This document shows positions 8,879 through 17,841 of a stretch of DNA of 64,000 bases, one piece after another. Position 1 is the first letter of the stretch, and each line of letters starts with the position of its first letter. Position numbers and translations under genes: made by a program. The DNA is taken from IMG/VR virus record IMGVR_UViG_2622736468_000003; one strand, given 5' to 3'. The notes beneath the pieces were generated by a model. The model saw only the letters and a program-made list of their open reading frames with translations, made no database searches and had not been told where the DNA came from. Source of the DNA: a virus (lineage: Duplodnaviria; Heunggongvirae; Uroviricota; Caudoviricetes).

Positions 8879-9961
8879 ATGCGTAATTACGCAACAATTT
8901 CACCTCAGTTCTGGTTAGGCGATACAGGGCGAAAACTAAGGAAGTCTGGTCCGGAATGTATGGTAGTGGCGTTGTATATGATGACCTCGCCTCATTCCAA
9001 TATGCTGGGCCTTTATTACCTGCCTGTTTTGTACATTGCTCACGAAACCGGACTTGCTCCTGAAGGGGCTTCTAAGGGGCTTCAAATGGCTTGCGAGGCT
9101 GGTTTTTGCAGCTATGACCATGATTCTGAGGTTGTATGGGTGCATGAAATGGCAGCATGGCAGGTTGGTGAATCGCTGAAACCTGGCGATAACCGTTGTG
9201 CTGGGGTAAGAAATGAATATTCCGCGTTGCTGGAAAATCCTTTTTTATCATCCTTTTATGATAGATATAAGGATGATTTCCACCTGGATGTCAGACGTGA
9301 ATCATGTCGGAAAATTGAAGCCCCTTCAGAGCCCCTTTCAAGCCAAGAACAGGAACAGGAACAAGAACAGGAAAGGGATAAAACCCTTCTGGTCCATGGC
9401 GAAAAAATCGCCACGGACCCGCAGGGGGATTTTTGTCCTGTTCTGACTGAACCTCCAGGACCAGCTGGCACGACACCGGAAGCAGATTCCGGGCGTTGTG
9501 TGCAGCAGGTGCTGATCGTCGAACCGGAGCAACAACGCCAACCGCAGCAGCCTGAAGCCGATTCCGCGATGAGCGGGAAGCCGATTGGGTTAACCCGGGC
9601 GATGCCGGGACCGTCTGCGGGACGAGTTGATTATCCTGACGTGTTCGAACGGGTATGGCGTGAATATCCGCATCGGGCAGGGTCAAACCCGAAGAAATCC
9701 GCGTTCAATGCCTGGAGGGCCAGATTACGCGAAGGGGTGTCACCGGATGTCGTGCTGGATGGCGTGAGGCGTTACGCAAGATACCTGGAGGCTACCGGGA
9801 AAGCGGGAACTGAATTTGTTCAGCAGGCATCGACGTTTTTTGGCCCGAACAGGAATTTCGAAAATCCGTGGTCGCTGCCGAAGGCTGGCGCAGTCAGCCT
9901 GCGTTGCGTGAATCACATTTCTGAACCGGACACCGAAATTCCGCCGGGTTTCAGGGGGTAA
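8879..9961 (+). CDS. replication initiation protein (O-like)
   Basis: 360 aa; position after cII; contains a third copy of the upstream repeat and an (EQ)n linker encoded by GAACAG repeats. Confidence 0.6.
   Translation: MRNYATISPQFWLGDTGRKLRKSGPECMVVALYMMTSPHSNMLGLYYLPVLYIAHETGLAPEGASKGLQMACEAGFCSYDHDSEVVWVHEMAAWQVGESLKPGDNRCAGVRNEYSALLENPFLSSFYDRYKDDFHLDVRRESCRKIEAPSEPLSSQEQEQEQEQERDKTLLVHGEKIATDPQGDFCPVLTEPPGPAGTTPEADSGRCVQQVLIVEPEQQRQPQQPEADSAMSGKPIGLTRAMPGPSAGRVDYPDVFERVWREYPHRAGSNPKKSAFNAWRARLREGVSPDVVLDGVRRYARYLEATGKAGTEFVQQASTFFGPNRNFENPWSLPKAGAVSLRCVNHISEPDTEIPPGFRG
9531..9617. repeat. third copy of the iteron-like repeat, inside the O-like gene
   Basis: shares CCAACCGCAGCAGCCTGAAGCCGATT and GCCGATTGGGTTAACCCGGG..CCGGGACCGTCTG with 8691..8845. 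Confidence 0.75.
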
Positions 9962-9967
9962 TCAGCC

Positions 9968-10708
9968 ATGAAAAACATTTCGACAGGAGGGATTCTTGAA
10001 CGGGTGCGCCGTCTGGCACCACCGCACGTGGCAGCACCGTTCCGGACGACCGACGAATGGCGGGAATGGCAACTGGCTGAGGGCCGTAAGCGCAGCGAGG
10101 AAATTAACCGCCTGAATCATCAGGCGCGGGTTGAAAAAATCCTGAACCGTGCGGGCATCCAGCCGCTTCACAGGAAGTGCTCATTCGGGAACTACCGGGT
10201 GCAGAACGACGGTCAGCGCCATGCTCTGAGCCAGGCGAAATCCATTGCCGATGAATTGATGACCGGGTGTACAAACTTCGTGTTCAGCGGGAATCCGGGA
10301 ACCGGAAAAAATCATCTGGCGGCGGCTGTGGGTAATCGTCTGCTGAAGGCCGGTAAATCCGTGATAGTGGTCACCGTGGCGGATGTGATGAGCGCGTTAC
10401 ATGCCAGCTATGACGACGGACTGTCAGGGGAAAAATTTTTGCGTGAACTGTGCGAAGTGGACCTCCTGGTTCTTGACGAAATTGGCATCCAGCGTGAGAC
10501 GAAAAACGAGCAGGTGGTACTGCACCAGATTGTTGACCGCCGGACGGCATCACTGCGCAGTGTCGGGATGCTGACAAACCTGAATCATGCCGCAATGAGC
10601 ACGCTTCTTGGTGAGAGGATTATGGACCGGATGACCATGAACGGTGGTCGTTGGGTGAATTTTAACTGGGAGAGCTGGCGGTCAAACGTTGGACGTCAGG
10701 GTATGTGA
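9968..10708 (+). CDS. DnaC/IstB-like AAA+ helicase loader (P-position replication protein)
   Basis: Walker A GNPGTGKNHLAAA and Walker B LLVLDEIG. Confidence 0.8.
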   Translation: MKNISTGGILERVRRLAPPHVAAPFRTTDEWREWQLAEGRKRSEEINRLNHQARVEKILNRAGIQPLHRKCSFGNYRVQNDGQRHALSQAKSIADELMTGCTNFVFSGNPGTGKNHLAAAVGNRLLKAGKSVIVVTVADVMSALHASYDDGLSGEKFLRELCEVDLLVLDEIGIQRETKNEQVVLHQIVDRRTASLRSVGMLTNLNHAAMSTLLGERIMDRMTMNGGRWVNFNWESWRSNVGRQGM

Positions 10709-10733
10709 GAATTTTTGACGAGGTAAATTTTCG

Positions 10734-11504
10734 ATGGAAACCGTATTGCATGCACTGAAAGCGATGGGAAAAGCCAATTCTGTTGAACTGGCGGCGCGGC
10801 TTGATATCAGCCGTGAAGAAGTTCTCAACGAACTGTGGGAGCTCAAAAAAAATGGCGTTGTTGATAAAACGGGTCACACCTGGTTTCTGGCTGTCGAAGG
10901 TGAATCCCGGGTAACCGAAGAGCGGCCAGTAAAATCTGAAACACAGGATATGCTGACCGAAGAGGTCGCTCCAAAAGTTACCGCAGACATGATGATTGAG
11001 TTTATCGATCAGGATGGGGCTAAAACGTGTGAGGAACTGGCGGGGAAGTTCGGTGTCAGCACTCGTAAGGTTGCTTCCACGTTGGCGGTGGTAACAGCAA
11101 CGAGACGCCTGGTACGCGAGATCAGCAACGGAAAATTCCGTTACAAAATGCCTGATGTCGAAAACGGCGATTTGAGCGCTTTATCATCGCAGAATAAGCA
11201 ATCACACCATGACGCAGAAAACAGCGCGGCAGGCGATGAAATGAATCGTTTTCCGTTGGCATCAGAGAGCACGGCAAAGGCCAGTACAGATGAGTTTATC
11301 CGAGAAGTTCCATCATTCACCGAAAAATCTGCCAGTTCGGTGATGCTTCCATCGCTGCATGCTGCCAGTCGAGAACTTCGTCGCGCCAAAAAACAGGTCC
11401 AGAAGTGGGAGCGAGTCTGCGCCGCGCTGCGGGAGCTGAACAAGCACCGGGATATTGTTCGACAGATTGTCGATTCATCCGGTCGTATTGTGTCGGAAAA
11501 GTGA
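10734..11504 (+). CDS. hypothetical protein
   Basis: 256-aa ORF in track. Confidence 0.45.
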   Translation: METVLHALKAMGKANSVELAARLDISREEVLNELWELKKNGVVDKTGHTWFLAVEGESRVTEERPVKSETQDMLTEEVAPKVTADMMIEFIDQDGAKTCEELAGKFGVSTRKVASTLAVVTATRRLVREISNGKFRYKMPDVENGDLSALSSQNKQSHHDAENSAAGDEMNRFPLASESTAKASTDEFIREVPSFTEKSASSVMLPSLHAASRELRRAKKQVQKWERVCAALRELNKHRDIVRQIVDSSGRIVSEK

Positions 11505-11519
11505 TTGCCGGAGGCGCTT

Positions 11520-11918
11520 ATGGCGAAACCTTTTACACACGAACAGCGGGAAGAACTGAAGGCACGAATTATCGGATTGGTACGCAAAAATGAACGCATG
11601 ACGATATCGCAACTGGAGAGAGCGACGGGAGCAGGCTGGCATTCAGTCAGACGTTGCCTTGTGGATGTACTGGCTTGTGGCGATTTATACATGTCCGGTA
11701 AATACGGTGTTTTTGCATCAGAACAGGTGTATCGCGTATGGCGTAAGACACCGGAGAAAACAACTGACCAGACATTGATTCGAAAGTTACCAGACGGAGA
11801 AATTCGCCGCTACGATAGACGCCTGAACATAATTTGTCGTGAGTGCCCCAGAGCGAAGTTATGCAGCGTGTGCTGGCTTTCTATCAGGGGAATTTTCAGG
11901 AGGCGGTACTGTGAGTGA
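11520..11918 (+). CDS. hypothetical protein
   Basis: ATG at 11520 with GGAGG RBS (track ORF starts 11505). Confidence 0.45.
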   Translation: MAKPFTHEQREELKARIIGLVRKNERMTISQLERATGAGWHSVRRCLVDVLACGDLYMSGKYGVFASEQVYRVWRKTPEKTTDQTLIRKLPDGEIRRYDRRLNIICRECPRAKLCSVCWLSIRGIFRRRYCE

Positions 11919-11970
11919 ATTAGCTATCAGGCTTCAATTGTCGCTGGCATTCGCATCAAAGGAGAATGAG

Positions 11971-12555
11971 ATGACCACTTTTACAAAAGAGCAGTTAATC
12001 AGTCATGTTAGTGAAAATGTAAAGGCGATGAAATTTGCAGTAAAACAGACAGCATTCAAAAATTCTCTCGAGGCAATTGAGTTGGATTTAGCACTGGCCC
12101 TTGTTGCTCAGGCTTCGCTGGAAGCAGAGCCCGTGCTTTATATGAATCGATTTACCGGAAAGACATTCTCACTGGAAGAGCAACCTGGTGCTGATAAGGA
12201 ACCGGAAATATACGTGCCGCTATATGCTGCCCCGCCAGACAGCGCCGCCATGCTTCAGGCTGGAAACTTTCGGGAAAAGAAGGGTTCGTCAACCAATAAT
12301 TTTCGGGAAATCTCGGAAACGTCAACCAACCATCCGGTAACTCTGGATGGTTGGATAAGCTGTAGTGAGCGAATGCCGGATGACGGTCAGCACGTAATTA
12401 TTTTATGTGATGGCGCATTCGTTCTTTATGCGCAATATCGAGACGGTGAGTTTTTTGATGTAGTCCGTGATGGTGATGAATTTTTCGAAACACAGAGCCG
12501 CAATGTAACCGACTGGATGCCGCTACCAGAACCGCCGCAGGAGGTGCGCCAATGA
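11971..12555 (+). CDS. DUF551-like phage protein
   Basis: AAGGAG RBS; C-terminal module GNFREKKGSSTNNFREI...DGWISCSERMP...WMPLPEPP shared with ORF 57263..58207. Confidence 0.55.
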   Translation: MTTFTKEQLISHVSENVKAMKFAVKQTAFKNSLEAIELDLALALVAQASLEAEPVLYMNRFTGKTFSLEEQPGADKEPEIYVPLYAAPPDSAAMLQAGNFREKKGSSTNNFREISETSTNHPVTLDGWISCSERMPDDGQHVIILCDGAFVLYAQYRDGEFFDVVRDGDEFFETQSRNVTDWMPLPEPPQEVRQ

Positions 12556-12635
12556 TCTGGCCTGAAGCCTTTGCAATTACAGGCGTTGCTATAGCTATTG
12601 ATTTTTTAGTATATGTTATTTGTCGGTGGGGGTAA
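12552..12635 (+). CDS. putative 27-aa hydrophobic peptide
   Basis: ATG overlaps preceding stop (ATGA); MIWPEAFAITGVAIAIDFLVYVICRWG; below track size cut-off. Confidence 0.3.
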   Translation: MIWPEAFAITGVAIAIDFLVYVICRWG

Positions 12636-12670
12636 AAACGTTCGCCGGGATTAACACCAAAGGAGGGAAT

Positions 12671-12775
12671 ATGTCGGATGATATATCACTGGCAATGGAA
12701 GGTGCGCTGGCTGTTATTGCTGTTGTGGGCGTTTACTGCCTGGTTGTGTTTTTGATGGATCGACTAGGGAACTGA
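12671..12775 (+). CDS. putative 34-aa hydrophobic peptide
   Basis: AGGAGGG RBS 3 nt upstream of ATG; MSDDISLAMEGALAVIAVVGVYCLVVFLMDRLGN. Confidence 0.35.
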   Translation: MSDDISLAMEGALAVIAVVGVYCLVVFLMDRLGN

Positions 12776-13020
12776 ATTCATTACGATATGGGAATTCCCA
12801 TATCGGGTAAAAACGGTTTGCGGTAAAGCGAGAGTTAAGCAGAATTGCTGCGGGTGCTTGAGGCTGTCTGCCTCGGGCATGCCACCGTAAGGCAGACAGA
12901 GAAAAGCCCCAGTTAACATTACGCGTCCTGCAAGACGCCTAACATTAATCTGAGGCCAATTTCATGCTAGACACATGTAGGTTAGCCTCTTACGCGCCGA
13001 AAGGCAAGGAGAAGCAGGCT

Positions 13021-13176
13021 ATGAAGCAGCAAAAGGCGATGTTAGTCGCCCTGATCGTCATCTGTATTACCGTCGTAGTGACGGCACTGGTAACGAGGAA
13101 AGACCTCTGCGAGGTACGAATCCGAACCGGTCAGACGGAGGTTGCTGTCTTCACAGCTTACAAACCTGAGGAGTAA
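13021..13176 (+). CDS. hok: Hok/Gef-family type I toxin
   Basis: MKQQKAMLVALIVICITVVVTALVTRKDLCEVRIRTGQTEVAVFTAYKPEE; in-frame upstream extension from 12964 (mok-like). Confidence 0.8.
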   Translation: MKQQKAMLVALIVICITVVVTALVTRKDLCEVRIRTGQTEVAVFTAYKPEE

Positions 13177-13246
13177 GAGACCAGGCGAGGGAGAAATCCC
13201 TCGCCACCTCTGATGTGTCAGGCATCCTCAACGCACCCGCACTTAA

Positions 13247-13267
13247 CCCGCTTCGGCGGGTTTTTTC
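13247..13267 (+). terminator. rho-independent terminator after hok
   Basis: CCCGCTTCGGCGGG followed by TTTTTT. Confidence 0.6.
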
Positions 13268-13385
13268 ACGTACTGTGGTTGTGAATACGATTGGTATTAG
13301 GCTATGCTAACAACATTAGCCTGACTAATTTTGTATTGACTTGATTTTTGTTAAAGAACAGGACGGAGAAGTAAGGGTACACCCA

Positions 13386-13565
13386 ATGAGCTACGCACTA
13401 AAAAAACACCCGCGATTGACTATTCCCCCTCGCGATAAAAGCGTTGTGGCAGCTCCGCGCCCGGCTATCGATGAAAATTGCACTCATCGTGAGCAGGTGA
13501 AAAATGCTTTCGATTTCGGTTTTTCTCGTTACGAGAAGGCAATGGAAGAACTTTCAAAAGTGTAA
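13386..13565 (+). CDS. putative antitoxin (Phd position) for the downstream Doc-like toxin
   Basis: 59-aa ORF 10 nt upstream of the Doc-like gene; assignment by position only. Confidence 0.35.
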   Translation: MSYALKKHPRLTIPPRDKSVVAAPRPAIDENCTHREQVKNAFDFGFSRYEKAMEELSKV

Positions 13566-13583
13566 TGATGGGTATTGTGCTCT

Positions 13584-14069
13584 ATGGCTGAGATTGTTGA
13601 AGGAGTGCACTACCTTTCGTTTGATGATCTTACCGAAATTAATCGCCTTTTAATTGAGCTTCAAACACCAGATGAACCTGTTAGTGTGCTGAGTGTTGAT
13701 AATTTAAGTTCTTCTCAGTCTCGTCCCAGCATGGTTCGATGGTATGAACAGACTAATGACATGTTTGTACTGGCATCAGTATTGATTGAAAGTCTGATTC
13801 AGAATCATCCATTTGCTAATGCAAACAAACGAACAGCTATGATGGCTGGTTATGTCTTCTTGTTGTTGAATGGCTATGAGTTAACAGCACCAGGCGATGA
13901 AATCGTGGAAATGGCAGAGGGACTGGCCTGCAAAACCTATACTCGAGAAGATCTCGAGAACTGGTTGTGTTATTGGTCTCGTGCGTATGACAGCCGGGAA
14001 TTATGTAAAACAGGCGCAACTATTGTTTTGTATGAAACTATCAAGCTTAAAATAGAACAGCAAAACTAA
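13584..14069 (+). CDS. Doc/Fic-family toxin
   Basis: motif HPFANANKRTAMMA (Doc-type HxFxxxNKR). Confidence 0.7.
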   Translation: MAEIVEGVHYLSFDDLTEINRLLIELQTPDEPVSVLSVDNLSSSQSRPSMVRWYEQTNDMFVLASVLIESLIQNHPFANANKRTAMMAGYVFLLLNGYELTAPGDEIVEMAEGLACKTYTREDLENWLCYWSRAYDSRELCKTGATIVLYETIKLKIEQQN

Positions 14070-14088
14070 AGGTGCTTCTAATGAAAAT

Positions 14089-14110
14089 CCGCTTCGGCGG
14101 GTTTTGTTGT
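14089..14110 (+). terminator. rho-independent terminator after the Doc-like gene
   Basis: CCGCTTCGGCGG followed by GTTTTGTTG. Confidence 0.5.
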
Positions 14111-14119
14111 ATTGGAGTA

Positions 14120-14437
14120 TCATGATATTACTTGGATCCCGTTTTTCTCTACGACTGAAAGAAGGCGAAGAGCGGCACCTCCCGGCCGTTTTACACCACG
14201 TTCCCAGTCTGATATCAGGTTTTTACTGACGTTGAGGTATCTGGCAAAAACAGGTTGAGACAGATGCTCTCGTTCGCGCAGTGCACGGATCCTTTCCGGA
14301 GACATTACCGGCGCTGGCTGGAGACAAGTTTCATCGAATTCTCGCATAGTCTGTTTCGTTACTGCGCCGATATCATGAAGCGATTCCATCATTTCATGTA
14401 CGGATGCAAGCGCATCACTGCGGTAATTTTTACTCAT
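14120..14437 (-). CDS. HTH (XRE-type) antitoxin, HigA-like
   Basis: 105 aa; HTH segment LSQPVFARYLNVSKNLISDWERG; directly downstream of the toxin gene. Confidence 0.65.
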   Translation of the reverse strand: MSKNYRSDALASVHEMMESLHDIGAVTKQTMREFDETCLQPAPVMSPERIRALREREHLSQPVFARYLNVSKNLISDWERGVKRPGGAALRLLSVVEKNGIQVIS

Positions 14438-14491
14438 TGGGTACCTCCGTAAACTGACCCTGTAGAATCAGTTGTGCCAGTTGTTCATCTG

Positions 14492-14800
14492 TTAGATTGA
14501 GTACGTGAGGAGCCCCTTCCGAAATGCACTTTCCTCAGTAGCGGTTATATTTTCACGTTCATTTTTTGCGTATGCATATACGAAAAAGGCCCTTGTGCCG
14601 ACGCGATAGAAAATGATTGTGCGATAACCGCCAGATTTGCCGCCACCGACTCGTGGCAGACGTTGCTTGATAACGCCGTTACCCAGGTTTGCTGAGATAA
14701 GCCCGTTATCAGCCTGTTTAACAATTTCGCGCAGTGACTGGTCGGATATTTTGTTTTTGTGTGCAAATCGCTCAAACCAGGCGTTTTTAAAAATGCGCAT
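14492..14800 (-). CDS. RelE/ParE-superfamily toxin, HigB-like
   Basis: 102 aa; pattern DNGLISANLGNGVIKQRLPRVGGGKSGGYRTIIFYR...FFVYAYAKNERENI; toxin-first gene order. Confidence 0.65.
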   Translation of the reverse strand: MRIFKNAWFERFAHKNKISDQSLREIVKQADNGLISANLGNGVIKQRLPRVGGGKSGGYRTIIFYRVGTRAFFVYAYAKNERENITATEESAFRKGLLTYSI

Positions 14801-15145
14801 TTTTTTGTTCCGTTATTAATGTATAACACATAGTATTACATTGCGTAGGGATCTGCAATGCCATCAGTTTGACAACGTCGCGTATCCGGGATTATATTCA
14901 TCGCACGCCAGCAAAATCTGGCGTCGGGATTAGGAACCCCGGATAGAAACCGCGACAGAGACACGCCGCGAGCGTGTTTTTTATTGTCGTATGCACACGC
15001 ACATCTGAATTATGGTGGGGCGTATAGGGGAGCTGAAAAGCTCGCCGGTTGGTTTCCCGGTAGTTCCTAACCCTGTACGTCTCGCCACCCGATGATTAGG
15101 AACCTGACGGTGGTGATAGTTTAGAAACCACTCGAGGGCGTCATT

Positions 15146-15817
15146 ATGACAACTCAAGTTTCTGTTGAAACACTCTCCACGATTACTTACAAGCAGATCC
15201 CCGTTATCACTACCGAACTTTTGGCGCACCTTTACGGCACAGAAGCTATTCGTATTCGCCAGAATCACCACGAAAACAAAGGTCGTTTCATTGAGGAAAA
15301 ACACTTCTTCAAACTTGAAGGTGAAACTTTACGTGAGTTCAAGCACAGAGTAGCTTTTAACTACTCTGTGAAAATTGCCCGTAACGTTCGCTCCCTCATC
15401 CTATGGACAGAACGCGGCGCAGCCCGTCACGCAAAAATGCTCGAAACTGATCAGGCGTGGGAGGTATTCGAAAAACTGGAAGACTGCTATTTCAGCCAGG
15501 GAAAAACAGCACCAACCGAACAGCAGCCGCAGATTCAGCCACAATTCACAGCCGAAGAAATCATCCTCCTTTGCTACATGCAGCTCTGGATGGAAAAAGC
15601 CCAGGACCTCAGCAAACACCTGTATCCCATTATGAAAGAGCTGAACTCCTCATACACGAACAAGCTGTATGACATTGCGTTTGAGACCATCTACATGGTG
15701 ACGAAGAACAGAGACGCGCTACTAAGGGAGGTAACACGTCTCGACATGTCAAGTTCCATTATCCAGCGGGCCATGCCAATGCTGAAAAGCCTGCGGGCAA
15801 GACAATTTGAATTCTGA
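15146..15817 (+). CDS. antirepressor-like regulatory protein (ORF6N-type N-domain + shared KilA-C-like C-domain)
   Basis: 223 aa; C-terminal ~95 aa near-identical to the C-terminus of ORF 59898..60527. Confidence 0.55.
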   Translation: MTTQVSVETLSTITYKQIPVITTELLAHLYGTEAIRIRQNHHENKGRFIEEKHFFKLEGETLREFKHRVAFNYSVKIARNVRSLILWTERGAARHAKMLETDQAWEVFEKLEDCYFSQGKTAPTEQQPQIQPQFTAEEIILLCYMQLWMEKAQDLSKHLYPIMKELNSSYTNKLYDIAFETIYMVTKNRDALLREVTRLDMSSSIIQRAMPMLKSLRARQFEF

Positions 15818-15821
15818 AACT

Positions 15822-15847
15822 AAAGGAGCTTCGGCTCCTTTTTTGTT
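15822..15847 (+). terminator. rho-independent terminator
   Basis: GGAGCttcgGCTCC followed by TTTTTT; same hairpin in inverted orientation at ~59872..59895. Confidence 0.6.
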
Positions 15848-15871
15848 GGGAAAATCCAGTGAGAGGGAATA

Positions 15872-16282
15872 ATGAACCAGACTATCTTCCTCCGAAGTAA
15901 GCAGCAGCAACAATTTGCCATTAACGCCATCCTTGCAACAACTCTCGATAAAGACAAACCCGTTACGATCCGCATCACCGATTACAAGCGGAATCTCGAT
16001 CAAAATGCCAAATTTCACGCGATGGTCGCTGATATCTCCCGACAGGTTCAGTGGTGCGGCAGATGGCTAAAACCAGAACAGTGGAAAGTTTGGTTAATCA
16101 GCGGTCATGCCGTGGCTACAAAACAGGAAGCTGATGTTTTGCCAGGTCTTGAAGGTGAATACGTCAATATCCGCGAAAGCAGTGCGCAGATGAGCGTGAA
16201 GCGTATGGCAAGCCTGATTGAGTACACAACTTCCTGGGCTGTGGAGCAGGGTGTCAGATTTACCGACAGGAGGTATGAATGA
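15872..16282 (+). CDS. ninB: NinB (Orf-family recombination protein)
   Basis: 136 aa; recalled similarity to lambda NinB; nin-region synteny. Confidence 0.7.
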   Translation: MNQTIFLRSKQQQQFAINAILATTLDKDKPVTIRITDYKRNLDQNAKFHAMVADISRQVQWCGRWLKPEQWKVWLISGHAVATKQEADVLPGLEGEYVNIRESSAQMSVKRMASLIEYTTSWAVEQGVRFTDRRYE

Positions 16283-16470
16283 GACGACAGCGACGAAGCA
16301 TTACCGATATAGTCTGTGAAAACTGCAATTACCTTCCAACGAAACGCTCCCGAAATAAACCCAGGCCAATCCCCAACGAATCTGATGTAAAAACCTTCAA
16401 TTATACGTCTCACCTGTGGGATGTCCGGTGGCTCAGACGTCGTGCAAGATTTAATAGTCACTCCGGATAG
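16279..16470 (+). CDS. ninE: NinE
   Basis: [27 protein letters not shown]... close to lambda NinE as recalled. Confidence 0.7.
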   Translation: MRRQRRSITDIVCENCNYLPTKRSRNKPRPIPNESDVKTFNYTSHLWDVRWLRRRARFNSHSG

Positions 16471-16490
16471 TTCAATGTACGAGGAATAAG

Positions 16491-16784
16491 ATGATGGCAA
16501 ACCTACGCAAAGAAGCGCGTGGCAGAGAATGTCAGGTACGGATTTACGGCGTATGCAATGGCAATCCTGAAACTACAGTTTTGGCGCATTACCGAATAGC
16601 TGGAATTTGCGGAACGGGAATGAAGCCAGATGACCTGTTGGCTGCATGGGCCTGTAGTGACTGCCATAATGAAATCGATCGCCGTACTCGCATTCTCGAC
16701 AACAACGACGCCAGACTTTACCACCTGGAAGGCGTGATCAGGACGCAGGCGATATTGCTGAAGGAGGGGAAGATTAAGTCATGA
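16491..16784 (+). CDS. DUF1364 (YbcO-like) protein
   Basis: RGRECQVRIYGVCNGNPETTVLAH...CSDCHNEIDRRT pattern. Confidence 0.6.
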   Translation: MMANLRKEARGRECQVRIYGVCNGNPETTVLAHYRIAGICGTGMKPDDLLAAWACSDCHNEIDRRTRILDNNDARLYHLEGVIRTQAILLKEGKIKS

Positions 16785-17143
16785 ATGAATATGAGTTTGT
16801 GCTTCCCTGGCCGCCGACGGTGAATACCTACTGGCGAAGACGGGGAAGCCAGTACTACATCAGCGATAAAGGCCAGAAATACCGAAAAGACGTACAGCAA
16901 ATCATCCGGCAACTCAGATTAGACATTTTCACTAAATCACGACTTCGCATCACAATTATTGCTGAACCACCAGATTCCCGCCGTCGCGACCTCGATAACA
17001 TCCTGAAAGGTTTACTCGACTCTCTTATCCACGCCGGATTTGCGGAAGACGACGAGCAATTCGATGACATTCGCGTAATTCGTGGCGTGAAAGTACCAGG
17101 CGGAAGGCTTGGAATAAAAATCACCGAACTGGAGAACATTTGA
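16781..17143 (+). CDS. rusA: RusA Holliday-junction resolvase
   Basis: LPWPP...RRRDLDN...GGRLGIKI pattern. Confidence 0.75.
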   Translation: MNEYEFVLPWPPTVNTYWRRRGSQYYISDKGQKYRKDVQQIIRQLRLDIFTKSRLRITIIAEPPDSRRRDLDNILKGLLDSLIHAGFAEDDEQFDDIRVIRGVKVPGGRLGIKITELENI

Positions 17144-17337
17144 TGAATGCTAAAATTCAAACGATACCTGAATTACTGATCTGCACCAGGGGAAATCAGA
17201 CAGAAGTCGCCAGAATACTGAACTGCAATCGTGCCACAGTCAGAAAATACATTGATGATAAAGATGCGAAAAAGCACGCCGTCGTCAATGGCGTCCTTAT
17301 GGTTCATCGCGGATGGGGTAAAGATACTGATGCGTGA
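17140..17337 (+). CDS. ninH: NinH
   Basis: [25 protein letters not shown]...VLMVHRGW. Confidence 0.7.
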   Translation: MMNAKIQTIPELLICTRGNQTEVARILNCNRATVRKYIDDKDAKKHAVVNGVLMVHRGWGKDTDA

Positions 17338-17710
17338 TATCCGGCAGGTTCTTGAGCGCTGGGGGGCATGGGCGGCAAATAACTATGAGGATGTTACATG
17401 GTCGCCCATTGCTGCCGGATTTAAGAGGCTGATCCCCGAAAAAGTAAAATCACGTCCACAGTGTTGTGACGATGACGCGATGATTATATGCGGGTGCATG
17501 GCTCGCCTTAACAGGAACAACAGCGATCTGCATGACTTGCTGGTGGATTACTACGTGTTGGGGGAGACGTTCATGGCGCTGGCCCGTAAGCATGGATGCT
17601 CTGATGGAACTATCGGTAAAAAATTACAGAAAGCGGAGGGCGTGGTTGAAGGGATGTTAATGTTACTTGGTGTCAGACTGGAAATGGACCGATATGCGCA
17701 ACGCCTCTGA
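17330..17710 (+). CDS. Q: Q late-gene antiterminator
   Basis: ATG overlaps ninH stop; 126 aa with [16 protein letters not shown] zinc-binding segment; last gene of the nin region. Confidence 0.7.
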   Translation: MRDIRQVLERWGAWAANNYEDVTWSPIAAGFKRLIPEKVKSRPQCCDDDAMIICGCMARLNRNNSDLHDLLVDYYVLGETFMALARKHGCSDGTIGKKLQKAEGVVEGMLMLLGVRLEMDRYAQRL

Positions 17711-17841
17711 CAGGAGGCGTTTGCCGTTCACTATGTGAAGTGTGTCAATTTGTGAGCGTTATGCTGTTTACTTTATAGTACAGGGACGTAAGAGTTATCT
17801 ACCTGTTAATAACATATATACAACAATGAACAGGGGGCAAA

